From Dehalococcoidia bacterium (GTDB lineage Bacteria; Chloroflexota; Dehalococcoidia; Plut-88900), in NCBI GenBank assembly GCA_965197585.1, contig OZ240215.1:608001-672000 (forward strand): 64,000 nucleotides of DNA, written 5' to 3'. The notes beneath the pieces were generated by a model. It ran no database searches. It saw only the letters and a list, made by a program, of their open reading frames with translations, and had not been told where the DNA came from. Of the stretch, positions 47,121 to 56,766 are shown one piece after another. Made by a program: the position numbers and the translations under genes. Each line of letters starts with the position of its first letter. The first letter of the stretch is position 1.

Positions 47121-47882
47121 ATGGATGACCGCAACATAAGAGAAACATGGGGCCCGCGTATGAGGCGGGACTGGGACGAACGCGCCCACGCCGATGCTTT
47201 CTACTACTCGACCTGGAAAGTTGGGCACAAGTGGGACCCCGACGAGTTCTTTGAGTCCGGCGAGAGGGACTGTCAGCTTTTCGTAGATCCCATCATCAAG
47301 GAGCTGGGCCTAGAGCCTGTGGACTCAGCGATGTTGGAGTTGGGGTGTGGGGTGGGCCGGATGACCAAGGCGCTCTCTCGCCGCTTTCGCTCCGTCCGTG
47401 CGACCGACGTCTCCCCCGAGATGGTCCAGCAAGGCCAATCCCTCTGCCCCGAGTTGAACAACGTCACCTGGGAAGTCTCCGACGGCTTTGACCTGACCAC
47501 CATCTCGGATGGGTCTCTAGATTTTGCCTTCAGCTTCCTCGTTTTCCAGCACGTGCCGCATAAAGAGATCGTCCTCCACAACGTGGCCGAAATGCTCCGT
47601 GTCCTCAGGCCCGGGGGCGGGTTCCTATTTCAGTACAACGGCGAGACCCGACGGAAGGTCGGGCGGAGGGGACGGCTGATCTGGGGAATTCTCGATCGGT
47701 GGCGTATTCCCCTGCTCCCACGCCTCTTTGGGATCGACACTCGGGAGGCGGGTAAGACCTGGGACGGCGCTCCTCTCACCGGCCAGGAGGTTGAAGCATG
47801 GGTCGAGGCACGGGGTGGTCAGGTAGTCGGGGTGAGGGGGGTGGGCACGCCAGCCGCATGGTGCTGGGGTGTTAAGAAGTAG
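47121..47882 (+). CDS. Class I SAM-dependent methyltransferase; start ATG 47121
   Basis: LELGCGVGR, DVSPEM, VFQH, RVLRPGG. Confidence 0.9.
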   Translation: MDDRNIRETWGPRMRRDWDERAHADAFYYSTWKVGHKWDPDEFFESGERDCQLFVDPIIKELGLEPVDSAMLELGCGVGRMTKALSRRFRSVRATDVSPEMVQQGQSLCPELNNVTWEVSDGFDLTTISDGSLDFAFSFLVFQHVPHKEIVLHNVAEMLRVLRPGGGFLFQYNGETRRKVGRRGRLIWGILDRWRIPLLPRLFGIDTREAGKTWDGAPLTGQEVEAWVEARGGQVVGVRGVGTPAAWCWGVKK

Positions 47883-47916
47883 AGATGCGAGGCGCGATCG
47901 GAGACTGATATACCCT

Positions 47917-49137
47917 TCAAGCGGTGGGCAGATCAAAAACGGAAGCGGCCCGGTCGGTGACATATTCCCCTATCGAAAGCGAGGACGTAGCCCCCGGAGA
48001 CGGCGCATTGATCACGTGCACCGCGTTCCGTGTTTCCTTAATCACGAAGTCGTCGACCATGTTGCCGTCCGGCAGCACTGCCTGGGCCCGTACCCCGCTC
48101 CCCCACTTCTCCAGGTCCTCCACCCTAACGCTTGGCACTAGCTTCTGCATCGACTTCACATAAGCCTTCTTGCTCAGCGAGAAATAGACCTCCTGTAGGA
48201 CCGTCCGCCAGTAGCGCATCGCCATCCTCCAGAAGGCCGGCATTGATAGGATAGTCCACGCTTCCTTTGGGTCTAAGTCGGTGATGGAGTATCCCTCCCG
48301 GGACCCGGCGACCATAGCGTTGGGCCCACTCCTGATGACACCTCCCTTTATCCTCCCGAATGTCGCTCCCAGGAACGGGAAGCGGGGGTCGGGGACCGGG
48401 TAGATCAGGTTGCGCACGTAGCCCTTGGCAGCAGGCTTGAGAGCGTAAAACTCGCCGCGGAAGGGGATGAGCCGGACGTTGGTCTTGACGCCCGCCATAG
48501 CTGCGATGTGGTCTGCATGGAGCCCGGCGCAGTTGACGAGGTATCGAGTGGAAACCGTGCCTCGCTCCGTGTTGATCTCAAGCCCTTCCGCCCGAGACCC
48601 TATTCCCCTGACCCGCGCTCCCGTCCACACCTCCCCACCCGACTCCCTGAACAGCTGTGCGTAAGCATCCGTGACTGCGTTGTAGTCCACGATTGCCGTC
48701 TCCGGAGAGTGGATCGCCTTCACTCCGTTGGCGTGGGGCTCGATCTCCCGCAGCCTCTCGGGCCCAATCAGCTCCAGCCCCGAAACCCCGTTGGCCGTGC
48801 CTTTACGGTACAACTCCTCCAGGGCCGGGACCTCCTCCGGGTTGGTTGCCACGATGACCTTGCCACAGTCTTCGTATTCGACATCGTTCTCGTCACAGAA
48901 GGCTTTCAGCATCCGGGCGCCGCGCACGCAGTTTCTCGCCTTCAGGGAGCCCGTGCGATAGTAGATGCCGGTGTGAATTACGCAGTTGTTGTGCCCGGTC
49001 TGGTGCCTCCCGAGACCGTCTTCCTTCTCCAGCACCACACACCGCGCCGATGGGAAGCGTCGGGAAAGTTGAAGGGCAGTCGCCAACCCAACCACCCCTC
49101 CCCCCACGATGGCAATATCGAAACGGATGTCAGCCAC
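47917..49137 (-). CDS. lhgO: L-2-hydroxyglutarate oxidase-like (second paralog)
   Basis: GGGVVG, HQTGHNNCVIHTGIYY, YPVPDPRFPFLG, GVRAQA, APSPGATSS. Confidence 0.88.
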   Translation of the reverse strand: MADIRFDIAIVGGGVVGLATALQLSRRFPSARCVVLEKEDGLGRHQTGHNNCVIHTGIYYRTGSLKARNCVRGARMLKAFCDENDVEYEDCGKVIVATNPEEVPALEELYRKGTANGVSGLELIGPERLREIEPHANGVKAIHSPETAIVDYNAVTDAYAQLFRESGGEVWTGARVRGIGSRAEGLEINTERGTVSTRYLVNCAGLHADHIAAMAGVKTNVRLIPFRGEFYALKPAAKGYVRNLIYPVPDPRFPFLGATFGRIKGGVIRSGPNAMVAGSREGYSITDLDPKEAWTILSMPAFWRMAMRYWRTVLQEVYFSLSKKAYVKSMQKLVPSVRVEDLEKWGSGVRAQAVLPDGNMVDDFVIKETRNAVHVINAPSPGATSSLSIGEYVTDRAASVFDLPTA

Positions 49138-49858
49138 GGGAAATGTCTTCATCCGAACAATGAATGCCGGACAGCTTTTCAACCCTAGACCAAGTTAATA
49201 TGTTCTCCTTCTTTAGCCAGCCCTTGCAAACCATGAACTGGACCTGAACTTCACGTCTTTTCGTGTCGTCTTTGTCCCACACCACGAATGGAACCACAGC
49301 CTTATTGCGATTGAGATGTTTAAGTAAGATTTTACCCATCACATACTGGCGTATTAGCTGGTGGACTAAAATGTCGCCACTGTCAGTACCAAAACTCATC
49401 TCGTGCTTGGCCTCTCCAATAAACAGATGATTTGGAGATTCCAATACGATATCGATCTCAGTGTTAAAGAGGTTATCGTAAAGCCTTTTAGCCACCTTTG
49501 CTTCGTTGGGGACGACATAGTTATCTGGCTCCAATTTTCGGAACTTCCACCCCTCGGGCGTCCTGAAACATTTGATGCTGTGGTGCAAGTCGGGAAATAG
49601 ACATCTGTAGTGCTGAGCAAATTCGTCAGTTAAATCAGGAGTTTCTTCCTTGGTCTTGTAGACGTGGTCGCGGACGCCCTTCCAGAACAGTTCTAACTTT
49701 ACTTGACCGGGCCGAAGCCTTGGCAGGTTGCAGTCGTCAAACTCACAGTAAGACTTCAAAAGGTTGTTGGCTAAGGAAGCGAGATTCTCAGGATACATAC
49801 GCGCGAAAGTCAGTGCCGTCTTCCAGTTCTCAGTCCTGTTCTTAATACCTAGGATCAT
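49130..49858 (-). CDS. Hypothetical protein with a PD-(D/E)xK nuclease-like motif
   Basis: TEIDIVLES...FIGEAK, HQLIRQY, LTW; AT-richer than neighbours. Confidence 0.65.
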   Translation of the reverse strand: MILGIKNRTENWKTALTFARMYPENLASLANNLLKSYCEFDDCNLPRLRPGQVKLELFWKGVRDHVYKTKEETPDLTDEFAQHYRCLFPDLHHSIKCFRTPEGWKFRKLEPDNYVVPNEAKVAKRLYDNLFNTEIDIVLESPNHLFIGEAKHEMSFGTDSGDILVHQLIRQYVMGKILLKHLNRNKAVVPFVVWDKDDTKRREVQVQFMVCKGWLKKENILTWSRVEKLSGIHCSDEDISRG

Positions 49859-49868
49859 TGCAGCTCTC

Positions 49869-51215
49869 CTACTTCAATCTCAAATATGGCGACTGCGCCG
49901 GTGGCTCCGACAAGTAACCCTTCGCAAACCGCATCCCAGTTTGGCGGATCAGCTCTGCATCTTCCTCCGGGGTAGGGGCGGATGGCACCTTGGCGGAGGC
50001 CTCGTAGCCGTAGGTGGGGATGGGGTCGGTTATCGGCTCACGGAAGACGCCGACCGGGTCCTCTCCACGGTCCATTGCCTGGATGCCGTCTCGGATCATG
50101 CGGCGCATCAAGATTACCCCCCGATCCGTTGTTGCCAGGTGTTCCAGGTCGTGGACGGCAATGTCCCGCTGCCCGACCTGCGCGTCGTAGTCGGCGGGAA
50201 AGCGTTGCCTGTCCTCATAGGGTCTGGCAGTGCCCGCTAGTTGTGCCATCGTTGCGAACTCAGGGTTGTTGGTATAGGCGTCTTCCTCGCCCTCCGGCGT
50301 CCGGGTGAAGGTGAATTCCAGCGTATTGGTGTCGTCCTGGGGCACTCGCCACCGGAACAGGGTCGGATAGAAGCAGACCTGGTCCTGCCCCTCGTTGTAC
50401 TGGGGTGGCAGGTCGGGGGGCAGGGGGATGTGGCCGATGTTCGGGGCGATGTACTCGACGTTATGCGACCAGATGTGACCGTCAATCCGTCGGGTCACAC
50501 AGCACATCAGCCCGATCGGTGACTCCAGCACCTCAAACGCACCCACGTCCAGCAGGGCTTCGATGGGCCGACCCGCAGAGTCCGTAAATTGGACGTTGCT
50601 TATGCCTGCGTGGAGAAATGCCTCGTGCACCGGGTCTACAACGTTGTCCATCACCTGTAGCCAGTTACAGTGCTTGATGTTCTTCGTCCCGACGGCGAGG
50701 CTCATTCCGGGCGCCGTGTAGGCGTCGTACATCGGGAAGGGGTAGATTTTGTCCGGGGGGCCCATGTAGGCGAAGACGAGGCCATTGAACTCGTGGACCG
50801 GGTAGGCGCCGTGGTAGAGCCGGTCCTTGAGAGTGCTGGTATCAGGCTCACCCGGCGTCTCCAGTATCTTGCCGCTGATGTCGAAGAGCCAGCCGTGGTA
50901 GCAGCACCGGATGCCCCCGTCCTCGATCTTGCCGTACTCCAGAGACGTGCCCCGATGGCAACAGTGCAGCTCCAGCAGCCCCGCTCTTCCGGCGTCATCC
51001 CGAAAAGCAACCAGGTCCTCCCCGAGGATGCGTATTCTGACAGGCAGGTCATTCAGTTCGTCGGAGTGGGCAACGGGCTGCCAGAACCGCCGCAAATACT
51101 CGCCGGTCGGGGTCCCGGGCCCGACGTGGGTCAGGTCCACGTCCTCCGTGGGTATGTCCCTGTGCAAATAGCCGGAATAGGTCTCGGTCAGAAAAGCTGG
51201 TTTTGAGCTTGGCAT
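49869..51215 (-). CDS. Rieske non-heme iron oxygenase large subunit (LigXa/phthalate dioxygenase-like); start ATG 51215
   Basis: VGPGTP.GEYLRRFWQP, CCHRG and CCYHGW Rieske ligands, NW....N..DPVH..FLH iron motif. Confidence 0.93.
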   Translation of the reverse strand: MPSSKPAFLTETYSGYLHRDIPTEDVDLTHVGPGTPTGEYLRRFWQPVAHSDELNDLPVRIRILGEDLVAFRDDAGRAGLLELHCCHRGTSLEYGKIEDGGIRCCYHGWLFDISGKILETPGEPDTSTLKDRLYHGAYPVHEFNGLVFAYMGPPDKIYPFPMYDAYTAPGMSLAVGTKNIKHCNWLQVMDNVVDPVHEAFLHAGISNVQFTDSAGRPIEALLDVGAFEVLESPIGLMCCVTRRIDGHIWSHNVEYIAPNIGHIPLPPDLPPQYNEGQDQVCFYPTLFRWRVPQDDTNTLEFTFTRTPEGEEDAYTNNPEFATMAQLAGTARPYEDRQRFPADYDAQVGQRDIAVHDLEHLATTDRGVILMRRMIRDGIQAMDRGEDPVGVFREPITDPIPTYGYEASAKVPSAPTPEEDAELIRQTGMRFAKGYLSEPPAQSPYLRLK

Positions 51216-51338
51216 CGGTGTGCCTCCGTCACAGTGGAAGTAGATAAAAGGCGAATGGTGATCCAAGCGCTAGATTAACACGGCGCACAAGTGTCAAGCT
51301 GCATGATCCCGTTCACATAGAGGGGTGACATCACCCCC

Positions 51339-52649
51339 CGTGCGACCTCAAAATTGATGGTTACCGGGAGAGGGAATTGACCTCATAATTGCGGTTACCG
51401 GCAGTGTTCCAGGATAGCGGCTGACCCTGACGCCATGCTAGCCCCAGCAGCTTGTCGGTCTCGGCATCGATCTGACGGCTCAGCCAGAGCGGATTGAGCG
51501 ACAGGTAGAGCTTCTCCAGCAACATCTGCCGAGTTCGTGAGACTGCACCGCTGCTGAGCATCCGTTGGTACGGGGTCGCTCCCTCGTCGTGGTGTCGGAT
51601 GACCTTGGCCCTGTGCCCACTCCTCGCAGTGAGTCTTCGGACCGGCTGAAAGAAGTTCACGTGAAGCCTCGCCAGCGAGTAGACCTCGGTGAGTTGTTTG
51701 AAGGCCGCTGACGAGGCGTACCGTGCGTGTCCGGTCAGACGCCGCACCACAGCACCGTTCTTCTGCTCGACGTGGGCGCTGTCGTTCTTACGGTAGGGCC
51801 TGCTCCTGGTGAAGCTGATCCCGTTCTCCTCGCAGTAGGTGTAGAGCCCTCTGTTGATGAACTCTGACCCATTATCGCTGTCCAGGCCCAGGAGAGGGAC
51901 GGGCAGCCTCCGATGCATCCTGCGTATGGCAGCTCCCACACGCTCCTGTGTCTTACCCCAGACCACGTCCATATCCACCCACCCAGTGGCCACGTCCACC
52001 GCCGTAACCGTCCACAGGTGGAACCCCTCAACCGTCGGACCGCAGTGTGCCACCGTGTCCACCTCGACAAAGCCCGGCCTCGCATCGTCCCAGTCCCTGA
52101 AGGTACGCACGGCAATGCGGTTCCTAAGCAGTGTCCCGGGCTTGGTCAGGCTGTGCGTCCTCTTTCTAACGGGCACCTGGTCCGCAGCCAGGAGCCGCTC
52201 CAGAGTTGCCGCACTTGCACGCCTGAGCAGAGTATCAGTGGCAGGGTCGATCTCCAACTCTCCGAATGCCTCCAGTCGTGACGCCATCTCCCCCACAAAG
52301 GGCTGCAGCCTCCTGGCTCCGATGCCGCTGGCAGCCTCGTGAACCACCCTGGCCGCCGCCGCCACCTCAGGACCGTACTCGACCGGTCTACCCACACGGC
52401 CGCCTCTCCCCTTTCGAGTCCGACCGGACAGCAGCCGGACGGCCGACTTCCTGTGGTAGCCGGTCACAGCTACCACCTCGTCGAGGATCCTTCCCTTCTC
52501 GGTCCTGTCGGCCTCGCGGTACCTGTCCCGCTGTCGTTCGCAGTACTCTTGAATGCTCACTCGGTTCACGATTACCTCCCCGTGGTTTGGGTAACCGTAA
52601 TTTTGAGGTGCATTCCCCCGCTCGGTAACCAAAATTATGAAGTCATGCG
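51339..52649 (-). mobile_element. Insertion sequence (~1.3 kb, rve/DDE transposase, ISNCY-type)
   Basis: Imperfect ~60-bp terminal IRs, each with two ACYTCAWAATT..GGTTACC units; flanks CCCCC / CCCTC. Confidence 0.9.
51361..52569 (-). CDS. DDE transposase (integrase core); start GTG 52569
   Basis: EKGRILDE..AVTGYHRK, EVDTVAHCG, DVATGW, DSDNGSEF, RPYRKND.AHVEQKN; GGAGG RBS. Confidence 0.95.
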   Translation of the reverse strand: MNRVSIQEYCERQRDRYREADRTEKGRILDEVVAVTGYHRKSAVRLLSGRTRKGRGGRVGRPVEYGPEVAAAARVVHEAASGIGARRLQPFVGEMASRLEAFGELEIDPATDTLLRRASAATLERLLAADQVPVRKRTHSLTKPGTLLRNRIAVRTFRDWDDARPGFVEVDTVAHCGPTVEGFHLWTVTAVDVATGWVDMDVVWGKTQERVGAAIRRMHRRLPVPLLGLDSDNGSEFINRGLYTYCEENGISFTRSRPYRKNDSAHVEQKNGAVVRRLTGHARYASSAAFKQLTEVYSLARLHVNFFQPVRRLTARSGHRAKVIRHHDEGATPYQRMLSSGAVSRTRQMLLEKLYLSLNPLWLSRQIDAETDKLLGLAWRQGQPLSWNTAGNRNYEVNSLSR

Positions 52650-52654
52650 CCCTC

Positions 52655-52684
52655 TTGACATTATAAGTACCTATGTTCTATATT
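52655..52684 (+). promoter_or_regulatory. sigma70 promoter overlapped by a LexA-like box (element copy 1)
   Basis: TTGACA-18-TATATT; AGTAC-ctat-GTTCT at 52666-52679 versus the GAAC-N4-GTTC SOS box. Confidence 0.65.
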
Positions 52685-53453
52685 ACAGCCAGGTCTAGAC
52701 CACCTAACCCAACCACCTTAAGGAGGAACCAAAAACCCAGGGAAGCCCCCGAGGACTCAACGCCTCAGCCCATCCCAACGGCCCTCGCGCAGGCCCGCGG
52801 CTCAAGCAACCGACGCCATCTCCTCATCCCCACCGGGTCCCGTGCCCCCTTCCCTGACCACTAGGCGATGGAAGACGCCCTGGACCGTACTTGAAAAGTC
52901 TCCTCACGGAGCAACCTTGTCCCATGAGCGGAACGGGGCAGCCCGTAGCCGAGGACCGCTCGGCTCTCTGTCCGCTTCCCAAATAAACTGGGCTGCCGCC
53001 GTCTCCCGGCTCCGGGACATCGTCGGCTAACTGGATACCCCGTACTCCTGCGAGGGGAACTGACCCTGGACTTTCCCCTTCCTGCACCCGCCTACGGCGG
53101 ACAGCGCAGCCAACCCTGCATCGGAGCCTATGACGGATGACGGACCCGTACGTCCGACCATACTTCCAGGTCTAGGCGGCGGCGGAGACCCGTCCCACGC
53201 TCCCGGGACGCCTCCATGCCCGCATTATCTAAATGTAGGGAGCCTAATCCAGCAAGCGTCTTTCATCGCCAACCCAAAACCTAACAGACAGAACGGAAAC
53301 CGAAACCCCACAATCTAAGATCCGCCTCTGGAGGACTGAAGAAAAGGCCAGTGTGTCACTAACCTATCGAACGAGTACACTGCTTTGCCAACCTTCGCAC
53401 GTTAGTGTTACGCTGACGCTCTAGCTCCGCAAATTCAGCCCTCGGATCTCATT

Positions 53454-54779
53454 ATGGCTGATCCAGTTGGCCCCCAGGCAGGCCGGTCCTCCCGCAGTCC
53501 TCTGTTCTATGGGTGGCTGATTGTCGGGTTATGCCTATTCATCAACTTCGTTTCTCTGGGTGGGCGCAGCAGCTTCACTGTCTTCGTTATACCCATGAGC
53601 GACGACTTCGGATGGTCCCGAAGCGAAATCTCGCTCGCTGCGTCAATCGGTCTGCTGGTCAACGGCCTTACCCAGCCCTTCCTTGGCAGACTGTATGACC
53701 GGTACGGCGCCCGGAGAATCGTTATCCCCAGCCTTCTCGTCCTGGGTGTGGCCACTGTTCTGCTCATGCAGACCTTCCACATCCTGTTCCTCATCGCCCT
53801 TTTCGGCATAGTTTCGTCTGTTGCCACCAGTGGGGTGGGGGACCCGATAACCGGTGCTATGTTGGCAAAGTGGTTCCGCCGACATCGCGCTACTGTCCTG
53901 GGCATCAGCATGGCCGGTGCATCCATAGGTGGAATGCTGCTGGTGCCCTTCACCCAATACCTCATAGAAATAACTCATTGGAGAACGGCGTGGGCCGTGC
54001 TAGGCGCCTTGCTCCTAGTATTTGCCCTGCCGGCAGCCTTCCTCATTATCAGAGAGAATCCCGAGAAGATGGGTCTCCTACCCGACGGAGATGCCACCCC
54101 AATTCGAGAGGTGGGGAAGAGCAGCCAACCGGCTGCAGAGCCGGCTAAGGGCCCGTTGGAAACGGAGTCCTGGGCCCACGCCTTCCGCTCCGCTCCTATC
54201 TGGCAAATGTGCGGCGCCTATTTCGTTTGTGGCGCTACCACCGCGATCATGGGGACCCACTTTGTTCCTTACGCCGTGGACAAGGGTTTCACGGAGTCAA
54301 CCGCTGCCCTGGCCTTCGGAATTATGAATGGGCTGAACATAGTGGGAGTGGTGGGGATAAGCCTTATCTCCGATAAGATGGGAAGAAAGAACTTGCTGGG
54401 CCTGGTATACGCTGGTCGGGGATTCGGATACGCCGTGCTCTTGCTGGTTCCAGGGGGCTGGGGATTGTGGAGCTTTGTGGGGATAGCAGGCTTTTCATGG
54501 TGGGCAACCGCCCCACTCACCACCTCCCTCACCGCCGATGTGTACGGCGTCAAGAGGCTGGGCACTATCAGCAGCATCGCCTTCCTGGCCCATCAGATCG
54601 GAAGCGCAGCCAGTGTCCAGTTCGCAGGGGTAATGCACGATGTCACCGGCAATTACTTCATTCCCTTCAGTATTGTCGGCCTGCTCCTGATTCCTGCCGC
54701 ACTGTCTTCCTTCACCATCCAGGAAAAGAAATACTCTATCAAGTATCAGACCCCGAGCCCCACGCTATCCCCTCCGTAG
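53454..54779 (+). CDS. MFS transporter
   Basis: LFYGW, GRLYDRYG, KWFRRHR, ISDKMGRK, HQIG. Confidence 0.92.
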   Translation: MADPVGPQAGRSSRSPLFYGWLIVGLCLFINFVSLGGRSSFTVFVIPMSDDFGWSRSEISLAASIGLLVNGLTQPFLGRLYDRYGARRIVIPSLLVLGVATVLLMQTFHILFLIALFGIVSSVATSGVGDPITGAMLAKWFRRHRATVLGISMAGASIGGMLLVPFTQYLIEITHWRTAWAVLGALLLVFALPAAFLIIRENPEKMGLLPDGDATPIREVGKSSQPAAEPAKGPLETESWAHAFRSAPIWQMCGAYFVCGATTAIMGTHFVPYAVDKGFTESTAALAFGIMNGLNIVGVVGISLISDKMGRKNLLGLVYAGRGFGYAVLLLVPGGWGLWSFVGIAGFSWWATAPLTTSLTADVYGVKRLGTISSIAFLAHQIGSAASVQFAGVMHDVTGNYFIPFSIVGLLLIPAALSSFTIQEKKYSIKYQTPSPTLSPP

Positions 54780-54792
54780 CACCCCTCTGCTA

Positions 54793-54993
54793 ATGCTCTC
54801 GATCATTCTGGCACATCACGAAGGCGCCATAGACCCCGACCTCCTGGACGCCATCTTGCACCGCCTCGACACCATGTTCGGAGTGGACGGATGGCCGGCG
54901 GTGCTTGGACTCGGAGCCATCATATTGCTCATCCCAGTGTCATTGATTGCCGCATACCTGTTTTACCGGCGGAGGTGGGATAGCGGCGGCTAG
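54793..54993 (+). CDS. Small membrane protein
   Basis: One C-terminal TM followed by RRR. Confidence 0.55.
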   Translation: MLSIILAHHEGAIDPDLLDAILHRLDTMFGVDGWPAVLGLGAIILLIPVSLIAAYLFYRRRWDSGG

Positions 54994-55061
54994 GGAACGT
55001 GGCCCGCGTGTTGTAAAATAGCCGTCGGGCCAAATAACCCCCAGGGAGACTGAGCAACACT

Positions 55062-55430
55062 ATGGACACGAGCATGCTACAACCCGGCCTGAGCGCCGAG
55101 CAGGTCATTACCGTTGACAAGGAGATGACTACCAACCGCACCGGCAAGGAGGGCGCGGATGTCCTTTCCACTCCCGCGCTTCTCGGCTTGATGGAGGACA
55201 CCAGCATCAAGGCCACTGACCACCTGCTGCCCAAGGGATTCACTACCGTTGGCTTCGCCGTGGACGGACTGCGGCACATCGCTCCCACGTTGATTGGTGG
55301 GAAGGTCACTGTCCGCGCCGAGCTCACCGGAGTCGACAAGAATAAGCTTATCTATTCCATAGAAGCTTCTGAGGGTGATAAGAAGATCGGGGTTGCCTCC
55401 CACAGACGGGCCATCATTCCCACGGACTAG
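55062..55430 (+). CDS. Hot-dog thioesterase (fluoroacetyl-CoA thioesterase FlK-like)
   Basis: VLSTPALLGLME, TVG, HIAPT, HRRAII (Thr/Glu/His positions). Confidence 0.88.
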   Translation: MDTSMLQPGLSAEQVITVDKEMTTNRTGKEGADVLSTPALLGLMEDTSIKATDHLLPKGFTTVGFAVDGLRHIAPTLIGGKVTVRAELTGVDKNKLIYSIEASEGDKKIGVASHRRAIIPTD

Positions 55431-55466
55431 GGCCCAGCTTCTACGTGTGTTAACATCCCTCCCGAT

Positions 55467-55976
55467 ATGACTACTACCGAAAAGACGCTTACCCCCGCCG
55501 CAATTCTCGGCGAGCTCAAGAAATTGGGTGTCAGCCACGTAGTCTGGCTTCCCGACACCGAGAGCCGCTTCCTCTACGATGCCGTATCCTCGGACCCCGA
55601 TATCAAGCTAGTGCCCGTCTGCCGAGAGGGTGAGGCGATACCGATCGCTATGGGCCTGATCCTTGGTGGACAGAAGCCTGTGTGCATGATCCAGAGCACC
55701 GGCTTCTACGAGTCGGGCGACGCGGTGCGTGGTCTGGCCTTGGATGTCGGACTTCCTCTCCTCATATTCATTGGCTACCGCGGCTTCAAGCGGGAGGGTC
55801 CCATACTTGACTCGGCAGCCACCTACCTGGAACCGGTATTGGGAGCTTGGGGTATCGACTACCATCTGATAGAGACGGACGAAGACGTGAGGCGAATATC
55901 CCAGGCATATTCGGAGACCCAGGAAAAATCGATGCCCGTGGCCGTGCTAATCGGAGCGGAGTACCAACAGGGATGA
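55467..55976 (+). CDS. TPP-dependent decarboxylase alpha subunit (sulfopyruvate decarboxylase ComD-like)
   Basis: WLPD, VCREGEA, IQSTG, GYRG. Confidence 0.8.
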   Translation: MTTTEKTLTPAAILGELKKLGVSHVVWLPDTESRFLYDAVSSDPDIKLVPVCREGEAIPIAMGLILGGQKPVCMIQSTGFYESGDAVRGLALDVGLPLLIFIGYRGFKREGPILDSAATYLEPVLGAWGIDYHLIETDEDVRRISQAYSETQEKSMPVAVLIGAEYQQG

Positions 55977-56551
55977 TCCCCGGCATAGAGGCCCTCAAAA
56001 TAATTTCCCGTCACCAGGGCGATTCCGTGATGATTACCACGGAAACACCTTTCACCATCTGGGACTCGATATCTGACCGGCGGGAGTTCCACCTGCCCCT
56101 GATCAACTCAATGAGCAAGGCGTCCTCCATAGGTCTCGGAGTGGCGTTGGGGAGGCCGGACCTTAAGGTGCAGGTTGTGGACTCGGATGGCAGCCTTTTG
56201 ATGAATCTCGGTTCCCTGGTCACGATAGCCAACATGGCCCCGCCGAACTTTATTCACTTCGTATACCAGAACAACGTCTATGGCCTGAGCGGGGCGCAGC
56301 CCCTTCCGGGTGCAGAGAAATTCTCCTTCACGGGCTTGGCGAAGGCTGCGGGCTACCCCAACGTCTTCGAGTTCGACGAAGTGGAGGAGTTCTCCCTCGC
56401 CCTGCCGGAAATTCTGGAGAAGCCGGGCCCAACCTTGGTCTGCCTCAAAGTAGACGACGATGGCCCCAAGCCTAAGCTCCCGGCCCGCATGACCAAACAC
56501 GCCTACCCCGAAGTCCGGGACGCCATCGCACGCACTTCTCTGCCGGCCTAG
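55973..56551 (+). CDS. TPP-dependent decarboxylase beta subunit (ComE-like); start ATG 55973
   Basis: SMSKASSIGLG.ALGRP, SDGSLLMNLGSL...NNVY..SG.QP; ATGA overlap. Confidence 0.82.
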   Translation: MIPGIEALKIISRHQGDSVMITTETPFTIWDSISDRREFHLPLINSMSKASSIGLGVALGRPDLKVQVVDSDGSLLMNLGSLVTIANMAPPNFIHFVYQNNVYGLSGAQPLPGAEKFSFTGLAKAAGYPNVFEFDEVEEFSLALPEILEKPGPTLVCLKVDDDGPKPKLPARMTKHAYPEVRDAIARTSLPA

Positions 56552-56688
56552 GGCCTCGCTCCTGGGGCTGACCATAACGCCTGTCGGCTGTTATCCCCTC
56601 GGTAATGAACTAGAGCACCCTACTGTCTGTTGCCGATTCCTTCTTCCAGTATTGAATGGGAGGGAGATGTGCCCATCCCCTGACTAGC

Positions 56689-56717
56689 TTGAAAACTGCC
56701 TAGGCAGGTGTTATATT
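56689..56717 (+). promoter_or_regulatory. sigma70 promoter with a palindrome in its spacer
   Basis: TTGAAA-17-TATATT with upstream TG; CTGCCTAGGCAG palindrome at 56696-56707. Confidence 0.6.
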
Positions 56718-56766
56718 TGGGTCACAGCACTTTGTAAAAAAATTAACAATGTGGAGGGGGAGAGAG

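Larger units (their letters stand above)
51306..53338 (+). repeat. Dispersed element copy 1 (51306-51338 plus 52650-53338), interrupted by the IS
   Basis: Shares ATCCCGTTCACATAGAGG.GTGACATCA, a ~230-nt block after the promoter and the CATCGCCAACCCAAAACCTAACAGACAGAAC.GAAACCGAAACCCCACAATC tail with 63159-64000. Confidence 0.88.

Noticed and set aside
52673-53318. Short ORFs inside element copy 1, and 63209-63652 in copy 2, as genes
   Set aside because: Starts at 52673 and 63209 overlap the promoter upstream of the RBS, products are low-complexity, and frames are not conserved between copies.
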